DNA of 64,000 nucleotides from an uncultured Gemmatimonadales bacterium (lineage in GTDB: Bacteria > Gemmatimonadota > Gemmatimonadetes > Gemmatimonadales > Gemmatimonadaceae), in contig OY969695.1 of assembly GCA_963701965.1 (NCBI GenBank), positions 4,896,001-4,960,000 of the forward strand, in the 5' to 3' direction. The notes under the pieces are model-generated. The model did not search any database. It was not told the DNA's origin and worked only from the letters and a program-made list of their open reading frames with translations. This document shows positions 21,141-29,994 of this stretch, in pieces; positions within the stretch are counted from its first letter, which is position 1; each line of letters begins with the position of its first letter. A program made the translations under genes and the position numbers.

Positions 21141-22588
21141 CGGGCGGCCTCCTCGTTCGGTATGAAGCCCAGCTCGAAATCGGTGCGCCACCGTTGCTTC
21201 GGATCGCTCCGGTCGTAGAGCATCGCGCCGTCCACCCACACCTTCTCGGCGTGGGCGTACACGCTGAACGGACTGCCGGACCACAGGACTACGTCGGCGT
21301 TCTTGTTCGGCTCGATCGATCCGATCCGGTCGTCGAGCGCCAGCGCCCAGGCCGGATTGATCGTCAGCCACTTGATCGCCTCATCTTCGCTGATCGCAAT
21401 GCCGACTGCGGCGCCGGCGGCCAGGCCCTTCGCGGCTTCCTGGTTCAACCGCTGGTCGCCCAACGGATCGTCGGAGTGGACGATCACCCGCGCGCCAGCC
21501 TGATGGATCAGCGCCATGTTGCCGCGCACGGCGTCGAGTGCCTCCATCTTGTACATCCCCCAGTCGGCCCAGACCGCGGCACCGATGTCATCCTTCTTCA
21601 GAAGATCGGCGATCTTGTAGGCCTCTACCGCGTGGTGGAACGCGCGAATCTTGTAGCCGAACTCGTGGGCGATGTCGATCATCTGCGCCATCTCGTCAGC
21701 GCGATAGCAATGGTTGTGGACCAGGATGTTGCCACGGAGCACCTCGGCCAGCGTCTCGAGGCCGAGGTCGCGCGACGGGGGATCGCCTTTGTGATCGGCG
21801 TTCCACTTGTCCCATTTCCGCCGATAGTCCTCGGCCGCGATCCACGCCTTGCGATAGCCGGCCACGTTCCCCATACGGGTCGACGGACCACGCTGCGCGT
21901 ACGTGCGCTTGGGATTCTCACCACAGGCCATCTTGAGCCCGTACTTGGCGCCGGGAAATTTCATCTCCTGGACGGTGCGGCCGGGCACGACCTTGAGCAC
22001 CACGCTGCGTCCGCCAATGAGGTTCGCGGAGCCGGGGAGGACTTGGATGGTGGTGACGCCGCCCGCCATGCTGCGCGGGAACTGGGGATCTTGCGGCCAG
22101 ACCGAATGTTCGGCCCACACATACGGCGTCGAGGGGTCCGTCGCCTCGTTCCCGTCGCTGAGCGCATCCCCGCCGGGCGCCGCGTAGTCGCCCATGTGCG
22201 AGTGGATGTCGATAATCCCGGGCGTGACGTATTTGCCGGTGCCGTCGACCACAACGGCGTCCGACGGCGCGTCGACCGTCGCACCCACCGCTACGATCTT
22301 GCCATCGCGCAGCAGCACCGAGCCGTCTCGAATCGTCGGGCCGGCGGCCGTCAGAATCGTCGCGTGGCGAATGACCGTTGGTCGCGACGGAAACGGCTTG
22401 TAGGTGCTGGGGAACGGGTCGGCGTTGGGCGTGGAGAGGGCACCGGCGCCGTACGTGGCGGGGGCCGTGGAATCCGCCTTGGGAGCTTGGGCCGGTGCGG
22501 GCCCCAATGTCACCTTGACGGCAGCCGGAGTGCAGCCAACGGCGACCGCCGTCCAAACGAGTACGCGGTAGATACGCATGGGCGGCAA
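21137..22588 (-). CDS. Amidohydrolase-family lipoprotein
   Basis: Lipobox-like AVGC; TPGIIDIHSH, KMACGENPKR, HCYRAD, HHAVE, HSD, GSIEPNKNADVVLW. Confidence 0.9.
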   Translation of the reverse strand: MPPMRIYRVLVWTAVAVGCTPAAVKVTLGPAPAQAPKADSTAPATYGAGALSTPNADPFPSTYKPFPSRPTVIRHATILTAAGPTIRDGSVLLRDGKIVAVGATVDAPSDAVVVDGTGKYVTPGIIDIHSHMGDYAAPGGDALSDGNEATDPSTPYVWAEHSVWPQDPQFPRSMAGGVTTIQVLPGSANLIGGRSVVLKVVPGRTVQEMKFPGAKYGLKMACGENPKRTYAQRGPSTRMGNVAGYRKAWIAAEDYRRKWDKWNADHKGDPPSRDLGLETLAEVLRGNILVHNHCYRADEMAQMIDIAHEFGYKIRAFHHAVEAYKIADLLKKDDIGAAVWADWGMYKMEALDAVRGNMALIHQAGARVIVHSDDPLGDQRLNQEAAKGLAAGAAVGIAISEDEAIKWLTINPAWALALDDRIGSIEPNKNADVVLWSGSPFSVYAHAEKVWVDGAMLYDRSDPKQRWRTDFELGFIPNEEAAR

Positions 22589-22590
22589 TA

Positions 22591-23274
22591 CTACCGCCGC
22601 TCACCCTCGGCAGCTAGGGTAGTCGCGACGTCGGAACAGATGCCGTCGACGCCCATCGCGTCGAGCGCGCGGACTTGGGCGGGCGCATTGACGGTCCACG
22701 CGATGACCCGGCCGCCGGCATCATGCACGCGATCCACCAGCGTCTGGTCGATGAATTCCCACGACTGCCAGTAGTCGCGGGCGCCCGCGGCGCGCAGGGC
22801 GGCGACGGGATCGATGAGATAGCTGTCCAGCAGAATGCCGGTTGGGAGTTGGGGCCGGAGTGCCGTGACGCGCGCCGCGACGCGGTGGTCAAACGCATGG
22901 ACGGCCGTAGGAACCGGCGACCGGTCCAACACGTCGACGACCGCCGCCTCGATAGGGCGACCCGCGATACCACGACCCTTGACCTCGACATACACTACGG
23001 TCGCAAACGGCGCGACGCATTCGAGGACTTCCGCCAGCGTCGGGATCACGACGTCCGGCGCCAGCGGATACCGGAGCAGTTCGGCGGCGTCGAGGGTATT
23101 GATCGGAGTCCCATCGCGAACCGTGGGGTCGTGGTGTACGACAATGACCCCGTCGCGCGTCTGGTGGACATCCAACTCAATGCCGCCAGCGCCCAGCCGG
23201 GCCGCGAGCGCGAACCCGGGAAGGGAATTCTCAGGATGCTGCCGAGGGGCGCCCCGATGTCCAATGATCTCCAT
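22591..23274 (-). CDS. Glycerophosphodiester phosphodiesterase
   Basis: IGHRGA..PENS, ELDVHQTRDG..VVHHD, YVEVK, AWTVN, GVDGICSD. Confidence 0.92.
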   Translation of the reverse strand: MEIIGHRGAPRQHPENSLPGFALAARLGAGGIELDVHQTRDGVIVVHHDPTVRDGTPINTLDAAELLRYPLAPDVVIPTLAEVLECVAPFATVVYVEVKGRGIAGRPIEAAVVDVLDRSPVPTAVHAFDHRVAARVTALRPQLPTGILLDSYLIDPVAALRAAGARDYWQSWEFIDQTLVDRVHDAGGRVIAWTVNAPAQVRALDAMGVDGICSDVATTLAAEGERR

Positions 23275-23301
23275 GCGGCACGAGAACCTTAACGTCGGCC
23301 C

Positions 23302-23880
23302 ATGACCGGCGTCAGACCCTTGGGAGGCGATCGGGACGCCGAGGACGCCATCGACCGGGCATTGATCGCCCGGTGGCTCGGCGGCGACCACGGGGCCGCC
23401 ACCGCGCTGGTCGAGCGGCACTCGGCGGCCCTGGCGCGGTTCGCGGCGGCGTCTTCCGCGGCGGACCGGTCGGAGGTGGACGAGCTGGTGCAGGACACGT
23501 TCGTGCGGGCGTTCAACTCCTTGGACACGTTTCGGGGCGAGAGCTCGCTGCGCACGTGGCTGTTCACGATCGAACGGCGACTGATGCTCGATCGCCGGCG
23601 GGCCGAACGGCGGCGACCCGAGCGCGTGGCGGTGGCTGAAGGCGACGCGGCGACCGAGTATACGGCGTTGGATGGGATGGTGGCGGAGGAGATGCAGGAC
23701 CAGGTCCGGGCGGCGGTCGATCGGCTCACGCCGTTGCAGCGCGAGGTGTTCACCCTTCGGGTGACCGAGGGCTTGTCGTACAAGGCCATTGCCGACATCG
23801 TCGGCTCGACGGAAGGCTCGGCGCGCGTGCATTATCACAATGCGATGCGCGCCGTGAAGGAATCCTTGGGGGCGTTATGA
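23302..23880 (+). CDS. ECF sigma factor
   Basis: DELVQDTFVRAF, FRGESSLRTWLFTI, LTPLQREVFTL..GLSYKAIA. Confidence 0.9.
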   Translation: MTGVRPLGGDRDAEDAIDRALIARWLGGDHGAATALVERHSAALARFAAASSAADRSEVDELVQDTFVRAFNSLDTFRGESSLRTWLFTIERRLMLDRRRAERRRPERVAVAEGDAATEYTALDGMVAEEMQDQVRAAVDRLTPLQREVFTLRVTEGLSYKAIADIVGSTEGSARVHYHNAMRAVKESLGAL

Positions 23881-24467
23881 GTGAGTGCGCCGACACGGAA
23901 ATGACGGATGTGTTGCCCGAGTTCGTGCGGGGCCGGTTGACCGGCGCCGAGCGCGAGCGCGTCGCGGCGCACATTGCCGCGTGCCCGTCTTGCGCGGCGG
24001 AAGCGGCGATCCTGGGCGCCGCGCAGCGGGCGTTCGCGGCGGCGACGCCGGCGGTCGACGTGGCGCGCATCGTCGGCGCGCTACCCGCGCCGCCGGCGCT
24101 CGGGCGGCCGGCGCTCGTGAGAGGCCGTCCGGCCCGCCGGCGTTGGCTGGCGGTGCCAACGGCTTCATGGCGCATTGCCGCCACGGTCGGCACCCTCGCC
24201 TTGGGGGCGGTGTCGATCGGCGTCGTGCAGTCGCTCATGCGCGGCGGGCAGTCGGAGAGTGCGGCGGTCGTGGCACCGCGCGTTCCCGCCGAAAACGCCG
24301 CCACGGCCGACGAGTCCGCGGGGCTGAGCGCCGGCGGCACGTTCACGGATCTGAGCGAAGACGACATGCGCACGCTGCTCAATGATCTCGATGATATCGA
24401 GGCCATTCCGGCGGCGGAGCCGCAACCGGCGGTGCCGGGTCTGCGCACCGCGACCGCCCCGCAATGA
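23877..24467 (+). CDS. zf-HC2 (ZAS) transmembrane anti-sigma factor
   Basis: HIAACPSC (HxxxCxxC), single TM segment, ATGA overlap with the sigma gene. Confidence 0.85.
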   Translation: MSECADTEMTDVLPEFVRGRLTGAERERVAAHIAACPSCAAEAAILGAAQRAFAAATPAVDVARIVGALPAPPALGRPALVRGRPARRRWLAVPTASWRIAATVGTLALGAVSIGVVQSLMRGGQSESAAVVAPRVPAENAATADESAGLSAGGTFTDLSEDDMRTLLNDLDDIEAIPAAEPQPAVPGLRTATAPQ

Positions 24468-24985
24468 TCCGACGGCGCGGCTGGGCGTTGTTGGGCGCCA
24501 TCCTGCTCGCGGGGGGACCGGCGCACGCCCAGCAGGATTCGGCGCCGCTGGCCGGTAATCGTCAGAACCTGGTGCGGGAGCTCAGGCAGCGCTGGCAGCG
24601 CGTCGTCGTCCAGCGGCTGGGGCTGACCGACCTTCAGGCCCGGCGACTCCAGGAGACGAACCGGCATTTTGCCGCGCAGCGGCAGGCGCTCAATCAAGCG
24701 GAGCGGGGGGTGCGCGGCGAAATGCGGGCGCAACTCACGGGAGCGCAGCCGGCCGACGACAAGCGTCTGGCGACGCTCCTCGATTCGCTCCTCGACATCC
24801 AACGGCAGCGCGTCGTGCTGACGCAGGATGAGCAGCGGGAGCTGGCGCTCTACCTGACGCCGCTGCAGCGCGTGCGCTTCCTCGCGCTGCAGGAGCAACT
24901 CCGACTACGCGTCGAGGGCCTGCGCCAGGCGGCGAAGGGACGCGCGGATCAGCCCGTCGGCGCCGACAGCTTGTCGCCGTACTGA
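24464..24985 (+). CDS. Periplasmic Spy/CpxP-like protein
   Basis: Signal peptide ending AHA-Q; LGLTDLQ and LTPLQ motifs. Confidence 0.75.
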   Translation: MIRRRGWALLGAILLAGGPAHAQQDSAPLAGNRQNLVRELRQRWQRVVVQRLGLTDLQARRLQETNRHFAAQRQALNQAERGVRGEMRAQLTGAQPADDKRLATLLDSLLDIQRQRVVLTQDEQRELALYLTPLQRVRFLALQEQLRLRVEGLRQAAKGRADQPVGADSLSPY

Positions 24986-26523
24986 CGCCGGTAATCCCGG
25001 AGTCGGTCGAGCAGCGCGGCGATGGCGTCGGGCACCGGTCGCGCCGGCACCGGGATCGCCGTCACTTCGCCCCGCAGGCCCGCTTCCGCCTTGGGGAGGT
25101 AGTCGGTCAACCCGTGGGCGTGTGACAAGATCTCGAGGACCCGATACGCCAGCGAGGTCGGCGCCTCGTGTCGCAGTTGCCGGTACCCCTCGGCCAGTCG
25201 GAGATAAAACTCGGCCTTCGTCCGCGTCGGGAGCGTCGTGGCTTCCATGGTCCGGCGCCACTCCTCGAACGACGCTTCGTCGCCCTCGTCACCTGCCAGC
25301 TGGAGCAGGTTGATGCCCGCCATCGCCTTGGCCGGCGCCAGCTGGGCGGAGGCGTACAACAGGTGGAACGCGTCGCGGGCGCCGCTCCGCACGCCGAGCG
25401 ACGCCAGGGCGATCCCCAGGTCGCTGAGCGCCCGCTCCCGCCAGGCCGGATCGCTATACCGTTCGAAGGCGTCGAAGAGATAGCGCGCTGCGTCCTCGAA
25501 TTGCCCATTGTGGATGGCGACGCATCCCCGATCGTGGTTGGCACGGGCGAACATTTCCACATGTGGGGTGGATTGCGCGTCGGCAATCACGGCGTCGAGT
25601 AGCGTCGTGGCCCGCGCGTAGTCCTCCAGATGGATCGCGAGGCCCGCCTGGGCGGTCCGGATGCGGAGCGCACCGGCCACATCGCCGAGGGCGTTGGCGA
25701 CATCGAGGCCCCGGATGTAGATGGCCTCGGCTTCGGTCGTCAGCGCGAGCTGGATGAGGCACCAACCCAGCCGCACATACACGAGCGGAATGCCATCGCC
25801 ACATTCGGGGACGTCGGCGCGATCGAGCGCGGTCTCGTACACGTCGACCGCGAGCGGCCACTCGCGAATGTCCTCCAGCAAGAGGCCGTAGGCGAACAGG
25901 AGCTTGGGGATGGACGCGACGTCGGCGTCGGAGAACGTGCGCAAGGAGTCCGTGAGGGAGATGAGGACTTCGTGCATGCGGTCGTCGTCGACATCCTCGA
26001 TCGCGCGCCGGACGAGCGCGAACTCTTTGAAGGTCGGCTCGCGGCCGGTGACCTGGCGTGTCGCCCAGCGATCGACCAATCGCAGGGTGAGGAGCCCCGC
26101 GGTGAACGCGCGCCAGGCCGGCGCGCTATCGTCGGTAATCTCGGCCACGCGGCGAAAGAAGGCGCTATGGGCCAGAGCCGTTGACGACGGCATCCCGGAC
26201 GCCGGCCCGTCCGCGGGTTTCGGCGGGGGCGTCACATCCGCCGGACCCGTCGCGGACGGCGCGTCGGGCTCCGCGGGCCCTTCCGGTTCGACGACCGGCT
26301 CCCAGTAGAACTCGAGCTTGTGATTGCCGTCTTGGTCGCGAAGCACGCGGGTTTCGCGAGTGTAACCGTTGCAACACTTGTCTGCGTCGTCGGCGGAGAC
26401 CCACGAGTGATGCAGTGGGCCGCGACACGTATAGACGCCCGGCGGAGGGGAAGCCTCTTCCACGAAGGAAGCCCAGGGCAAAGAGTGAATCGTCGGCCCG
26501 CGGCGCGATCGCCGGACGGGCAA
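24949..26523 (-). CDS. TPR-like helical repeat protein (start uncertain; could be ~26193)
   Basis: Helical repeats with TPR-like A/G/Y pattern (A..YETAL, LGWCL..A.AIY..GL, RALSDLGIAL). Confidence 0.6.
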   Translation of the reverse strand: MPVRRSRRGPTIHSLPWASFVEEASPPPGVYTCRGPLHHSWVSADDADKCCNGYTRETRVLRDQDGNHKLEFYWEPVVEPEGPAEPDAPSATGPADVTPPPKPADGPASGMPSSTALAHSAFFRRVAEITDDSAPAWRAFTAGLLTLRLVDRWATRQVTGREPTFKEFALVRRAIEDVDDDRMHEVLISLTDSLRTFSDADVASIPKLLFAYGLLLEDIREWPLAVDVYETALDRADVPECGDGIPLVYVRLGWCLIQLALTTEAEAIYIRGLDVANALGDVAGALRIRTAQAGLAIHLEDYARATTLLDAVIADAQSTPHVEMFARANHDRGCVAIHNGQFEDAARYLFDAFERYSDPAWRERALSDLGIALASLGVRSGARDAFHLLYASAQLAPAKAMAGINLLQLAGDEGDEASFEEWRRTMEATTLPTRTKAEFYLRLAEGYRQLRHEAPTSLAYRVLEILSHAHGLTDYLPKAEAGLRGEVTAIPVPARPVPDAIAALLDRLRDYRRQYGDKLSAPTG

Positions 26524-26572
26524 TTGCCCTCAACTTATTTTGTTTTCTGGCGGAGACCAGAGCGAAGATGCA

Positions 26573-27361
26573 TCAGTGCAGCGCGACTTGCGCCAGGGCG
26601 AATGTGGCACCTTGCAGATCTGATAGGATGGCGAAACGGCCCAGGTCCTCGATGGCGGTCGGCGGCATATACGTTGCGGCGCCCAGGCGCGCCGCTTGCG
26701 CGGCCGACGCGTCGCAATCGGCGACCGCGAAGTACGGGAGCCAGTACGCGGGCTGATGCGGATCTCGGTACGAGACGGGGGGAATTCCACCGATGAACTC
26801 CGCTCCGTTCCGGATGTGGAGATACTGGTGGGCGGGCTCCTCATCGCCCGGCTCAATGTGCCATCCCAGGAGCTCGGTGTAGAACCGCGCGGCGCGCTCC
26901 GGATCGTTCGTCGAGAGATCGGCCCAACACAGGGTCCCATCGATGCCCGTCACGCCAAATCCGCTGCGTTGACGCGCTTGCCACATCGCAAGGGTCGCGC
27001 CCGTCGGATCCTGGATCACGCTCATGCGGCCGATGTCCATGACATCGAACGGGGGCGCGACGACCGCGCCACCGAGCGCCGGCACGCGCGCGGCGGCCGC
27101 ATCGATCTGATCCGTGGCGATGTAAGCCAGCCAATGGGGCGGCACGCCTTGGACGCGCTGTTCCGGTCGCATCGTGCAGATGGCGCCGACGTCGCGGCCC
27201 GAGAGGCGGCACATGGTGTATACGTCGCCGGGAGCCATGGGGACGTCCTCGTACGACCAGCCGAACAGGGTCGCATAGAACGCCTTGCCCGCGGACTGAT
27301 CGGTCGTCGCCAGCTCCAACCAATTGAAGGCGCCGTTCGGGACGCGCTCGATCGTCGACAT
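26573..27361 (-). CDS. VOC/glyoxalase family protein (two domains)
   Basis: FNWLELATTD..KAFYATLFGW, PPHWLAYI, GRMSVIQDPTGA, repeated in the second half. Confidence 0.92.
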   Translation of the reverse strand: MSTIERVPNGAFNWLELATTDQSAGKAFYATLFGWSYEDVPMAPGDVYTMCRLSGRDVGAICTMRPEQRVQGVPPHWLAYIATDQIDAAAARVPALGGAVVAPPFDVMDIGRMSVIQDPTGATLAMWQARQRSGFGVTGIDGTLCWADLSTNDPERAARFYTELLGWHIEPGDEEPAHQYLHIRNGAEFIGGIPPVSYRDPHQPAYWLPYFAVADCDASAAQAARLGAATYMPPTAIEDLGRFAILSDLQGATFALAQVALH

Positions 27362-27379
27362 GGCGGGAATGGTGAGGGG

Positions 27380-28295
27380 TTAGGCGACCGCGGCGGCGGG
27401 CGCGGCCAGTGCCGCGTGGAGGACGCGCCGCACGTGCTCCTGATTGGCGACGGTCAATGCTTCGAGCGGTGGCCGCACCGGTCCTCCGACGAGGCCCACG
27501 GCGTCCAAGCCGGCCTTGACCCCGGGCACGCCCAAGGCGCCGACGATATCGCGGGCCACGGGCATCAGCCGCTCCTGGGCGGCGCGGGCCTCCTCGGTCC
27601 GGCCCGCGAGCGCCGCGGCCCACAGCGTTTCGACGAGGGCGGGCACGAGGAGCGCGACTCCCAGCACACCGCCGCGTACGCCGGATGCCAGCGCTTGCGC
27701 CAGCGTGCCGCCGTGTCCCGTCAGCACGGCGAACGTCGGCGACTGGGCCGCGAGATAGCCGGCCAGCAATGTTGGATCGCCGCCGGAGTCCTTGATGCCG
27801 ATGATGCGCGGGTGTCCGGCGAGCGTCTGCACGACGGGGGCGGGGATCGCGTAGTGCATGTACTTGGGAATGCTGTACAGTACGACCGGCGGCCCGTTGG
27901 CGTCGGCGACGGCGCGGTAATGATCCACCAGCGCCTCGGCCGTCCGGCTCTCGGGATAATAGTGGGGCCCGACCACCATGACAGCGTCGACGCCGATACG
28001 GGCCGCATCGACCGACCGCCGGATCGTCTGCCGCGTCGACTCGGCCCCAATGCCGGCGATCAGCCACCGGTCACGCGGCACTATCTCCCGCGCCGCAGTC
28101 AGCAGCGCCAAGCGTTCGTCTTCTTCCAGCAAAGCGGCTTCGCCGGTCGATCCGGCGACCACGATCCCGGAGCATCCGGCGGCCAGAATGGGCGCGGACA
28201 TTCGCGCGGAGGACGTCGATCGCCAACGCGCCATCGCGCGGATCAAAGGGCGTGGTGACCGGAGCCAGGAAGCCGGCGAGAGCGGTCGGTGTCAT
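27380..28295 (-). pseudogene. Dihydrodipicolinate synthase family protein, interrupted by a 1-nt insertion near 28187 (or a sequencing error)
   Basis: N-terminus LAPVTTPFD is in one frame (from ATG 28295); GSTGEA, LYSIP and IIGIKDS are in another; junction reads CAT-T-CTG on the minus strand. Confidence 0.8.
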
Positions 28296-28420
28296 GCCCA
28301 AAGCTATACCTCGAGCTCCATATAATGCACATCGTAGAACTGCCGCGCGCGCGCGTTGCTCGTCGCGACCTGGAGCGCGGGGTGACGAAACCCGACGGGC
28401 GCGGCGGCCGTACGGTCCGC

Positions 28421-29134
28421 ATGCGCGGCTCGGACTTCGTGTTCCGCTATCGCTTCTGGCTTTTCGCGGCGACGTTCTTCGGGGGGTTCGCGCTCTCCGG
28501 GATCGATCACGTGAACGCGACCGTCGCGGTGCTGCACACGATCGCGCCCTCCCTTGACGTCGACACGCCGCGCGGCATGATCGCGTTGCGCGCCGCGTTC
28601 GCGGTTGGCGCGGTGAGCGTCACATTGGCCGCGCTCCTCCGGACGTGGGCCACGGCCTATCTCCACGCGACCGTGGTGCACGATGACCGGCTCCACACCG
28701 AGGCGCTTGTGGCTAGCGGACCCTATCGCTATGTGCGGAACCCGCTGTACCTGGGCGGTCTGCTGCTGGCCGCCGGGCTGGCTCCACTGGCGAGCCGGAC
28801 GGGCGCCCTCGTCATCCTGGCCGGTGTGGTCGCCATCACGTTGGCCTTGATCGACGTCGAGGAGCGCGAGCTGACATCGGCGCAGGGCGCATCCTACGCG
28901 TCGTACCGGCGCGCCGTCCCGCGACTCGTCCCGGCGCTGTCGCCCCGCGTCGCGCCGTCCGGCCTGGCGCCGCACTGGGGCCAGGCGTTTCTCGGCGAGG
29001 GCATGTTCTGGGGGTTCGCCATCGCAATGATCGTGTTCGTGATCACGCTGCAACCCACGTGGACGGCTGTCCTCCTGACCACCGTCCCCATCCTCCATCT
29101 GGCGCTCATGAGCGTCTGGCGCCGGCGCCGGTAA
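28421..29134 (+). CDS. Isoprenylcysteine carboxyl methyltransferase/PEMT family membrane protein
   Basis: LVASGPYRYVRNPLYLG, EERELT, Y..YRRAVPRLVP. Confidence 0.85.
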   Translation: MRGSDFVFRYRFWLFAATFFGGFALSGIDHVNATVAVLHTIAPSLDVDTPRGMIALRAAFAVGAVSVTLAALLRTWATAYLHATVVHDDRLHTEALVASGPYRYVRNPLYLGGLLLAAGLAPLASRTGALVILAGVVAITLALIDVEERELTSAQGASYASYRRAVPRLVPALSPRVAPSGLAPHWGQAFLGEGMFWGFAIAMIVFVITLQPTWTAVLLTTVPILHLALMSVWRRRR

Positions 29135-29167
29135 GTCCGCGCGCGCCGGGAACCGATTCCCGCGCCC

Positions 29168-29196
29168 TGGCATTTGGGTGTATGTACACCTATAAC
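29168..29196 (+). promoter_or_regulatory. Putative sigma70 promoter with a palindromic operator in the spacer
   Basis: TGGCAT, 17-nt spacer, TATAAC; GGTGTA-TG-TACACC inverted repeat at 29177-29190; GGAGG RBS downstream. Confidence 0.55.
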
Positions 29197-29210
29197 ACAG
29201 GAGGTCGCCT

Positions 29211-29957
29211 ATGATTCCCGTCGTGCCCTGGTACTTCGCGCTCAGCGACGTCGTGGTCAGCATCGTGATTGTCACCGCCGTGTGGAGCATCTTCGCCGTG
29301 GCCGCGGACCGAGCCGTGCGCATCGGGTCCGCGCTCTTCCTCGGCGCCTGGCTCGTCGCCGCTCTCGTGCTCGCGCCGCCCCCATCGTCGCTGTCGGGAG
29401 CGGACCCGTTCGCCGTCAACCCAAGGCTCGGTCTGTTCACGATCGTGCCGGCCACGGTCGTGCTGCTGGCGCTCGCGGTCTCACCGTCGGTGCGGCGCGC
29501 GATCAATACGGTTTCGCTGCCCGCCCTCCACGGCGTGCAGGTCTATCGGATCGCCGGCATGCTGTTCCTGTTCCTGCTCGCCCGGGGGCAAGTGCCGGCG
29601 CACTTCGCGCTGCCCGCCGGCTGGGGCGACATCGCGGTCGGCGTCACCGCGCTCCCGGTGGCGTTCGCGCTCGCCCGCGGCGCCCGAAACAGTCGCGCGC
29701 TGGCGATCGGGTGGAACCTGCTCGGGCTCCTCGATCTGGTCGTCGCCGTCGGCATGGGCACCGGCGTGCTCGCCCCGTTCCTGGCGCCCGAGCTTGGCGC
29801 CCGCGTGCCGGCGGTCGCCGCCATGGGCGTGTTTCCCATGATCTTGATTCCGACGCTGGCGGTGCCGGTGTCGGTGATGCTGCACGCGATCGGCCTGACG
29901 CGTTTGCTGCGCGCGGCCCGCGTGCCGGCGGGTCCGGTCCCGAGACCAGCCACCTAG
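29211..29957 (+). CDS. Multi-TM hypothetical membrane protein
   Basis: Strong RBS; about 7 hydrophobic segments; QVYRIAG, FALPAGWGD, WNLLGLLDL, FPMILIP. Confidence 0.8.
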   Translation: MIPVVPWYFALSDVVVSIVIVTAVWSIFAVAADRAVRIGSALFLGAWLVAALVLAPPPSSLSGADPFAVNPRLGLFTIVPATVVLLALAVSPSVRRAINTVSLPALHGVQVYRIAGMLFLFLLARGQVPAHFALPAGWGDIAVGVTALPVAFALARGARNSRALAIGWNLLGLLDLVVAVGMGTGVLAPFLAPELGARVPAVAAMGVFPMILIPTLAVPVSVMLHAIGLTRLLRAARVPAGPVPRPAT

Positions 29958-29994
29958 CAAACCAACCGCGCCTCTGCGCTGTCTACGAGGGCAT

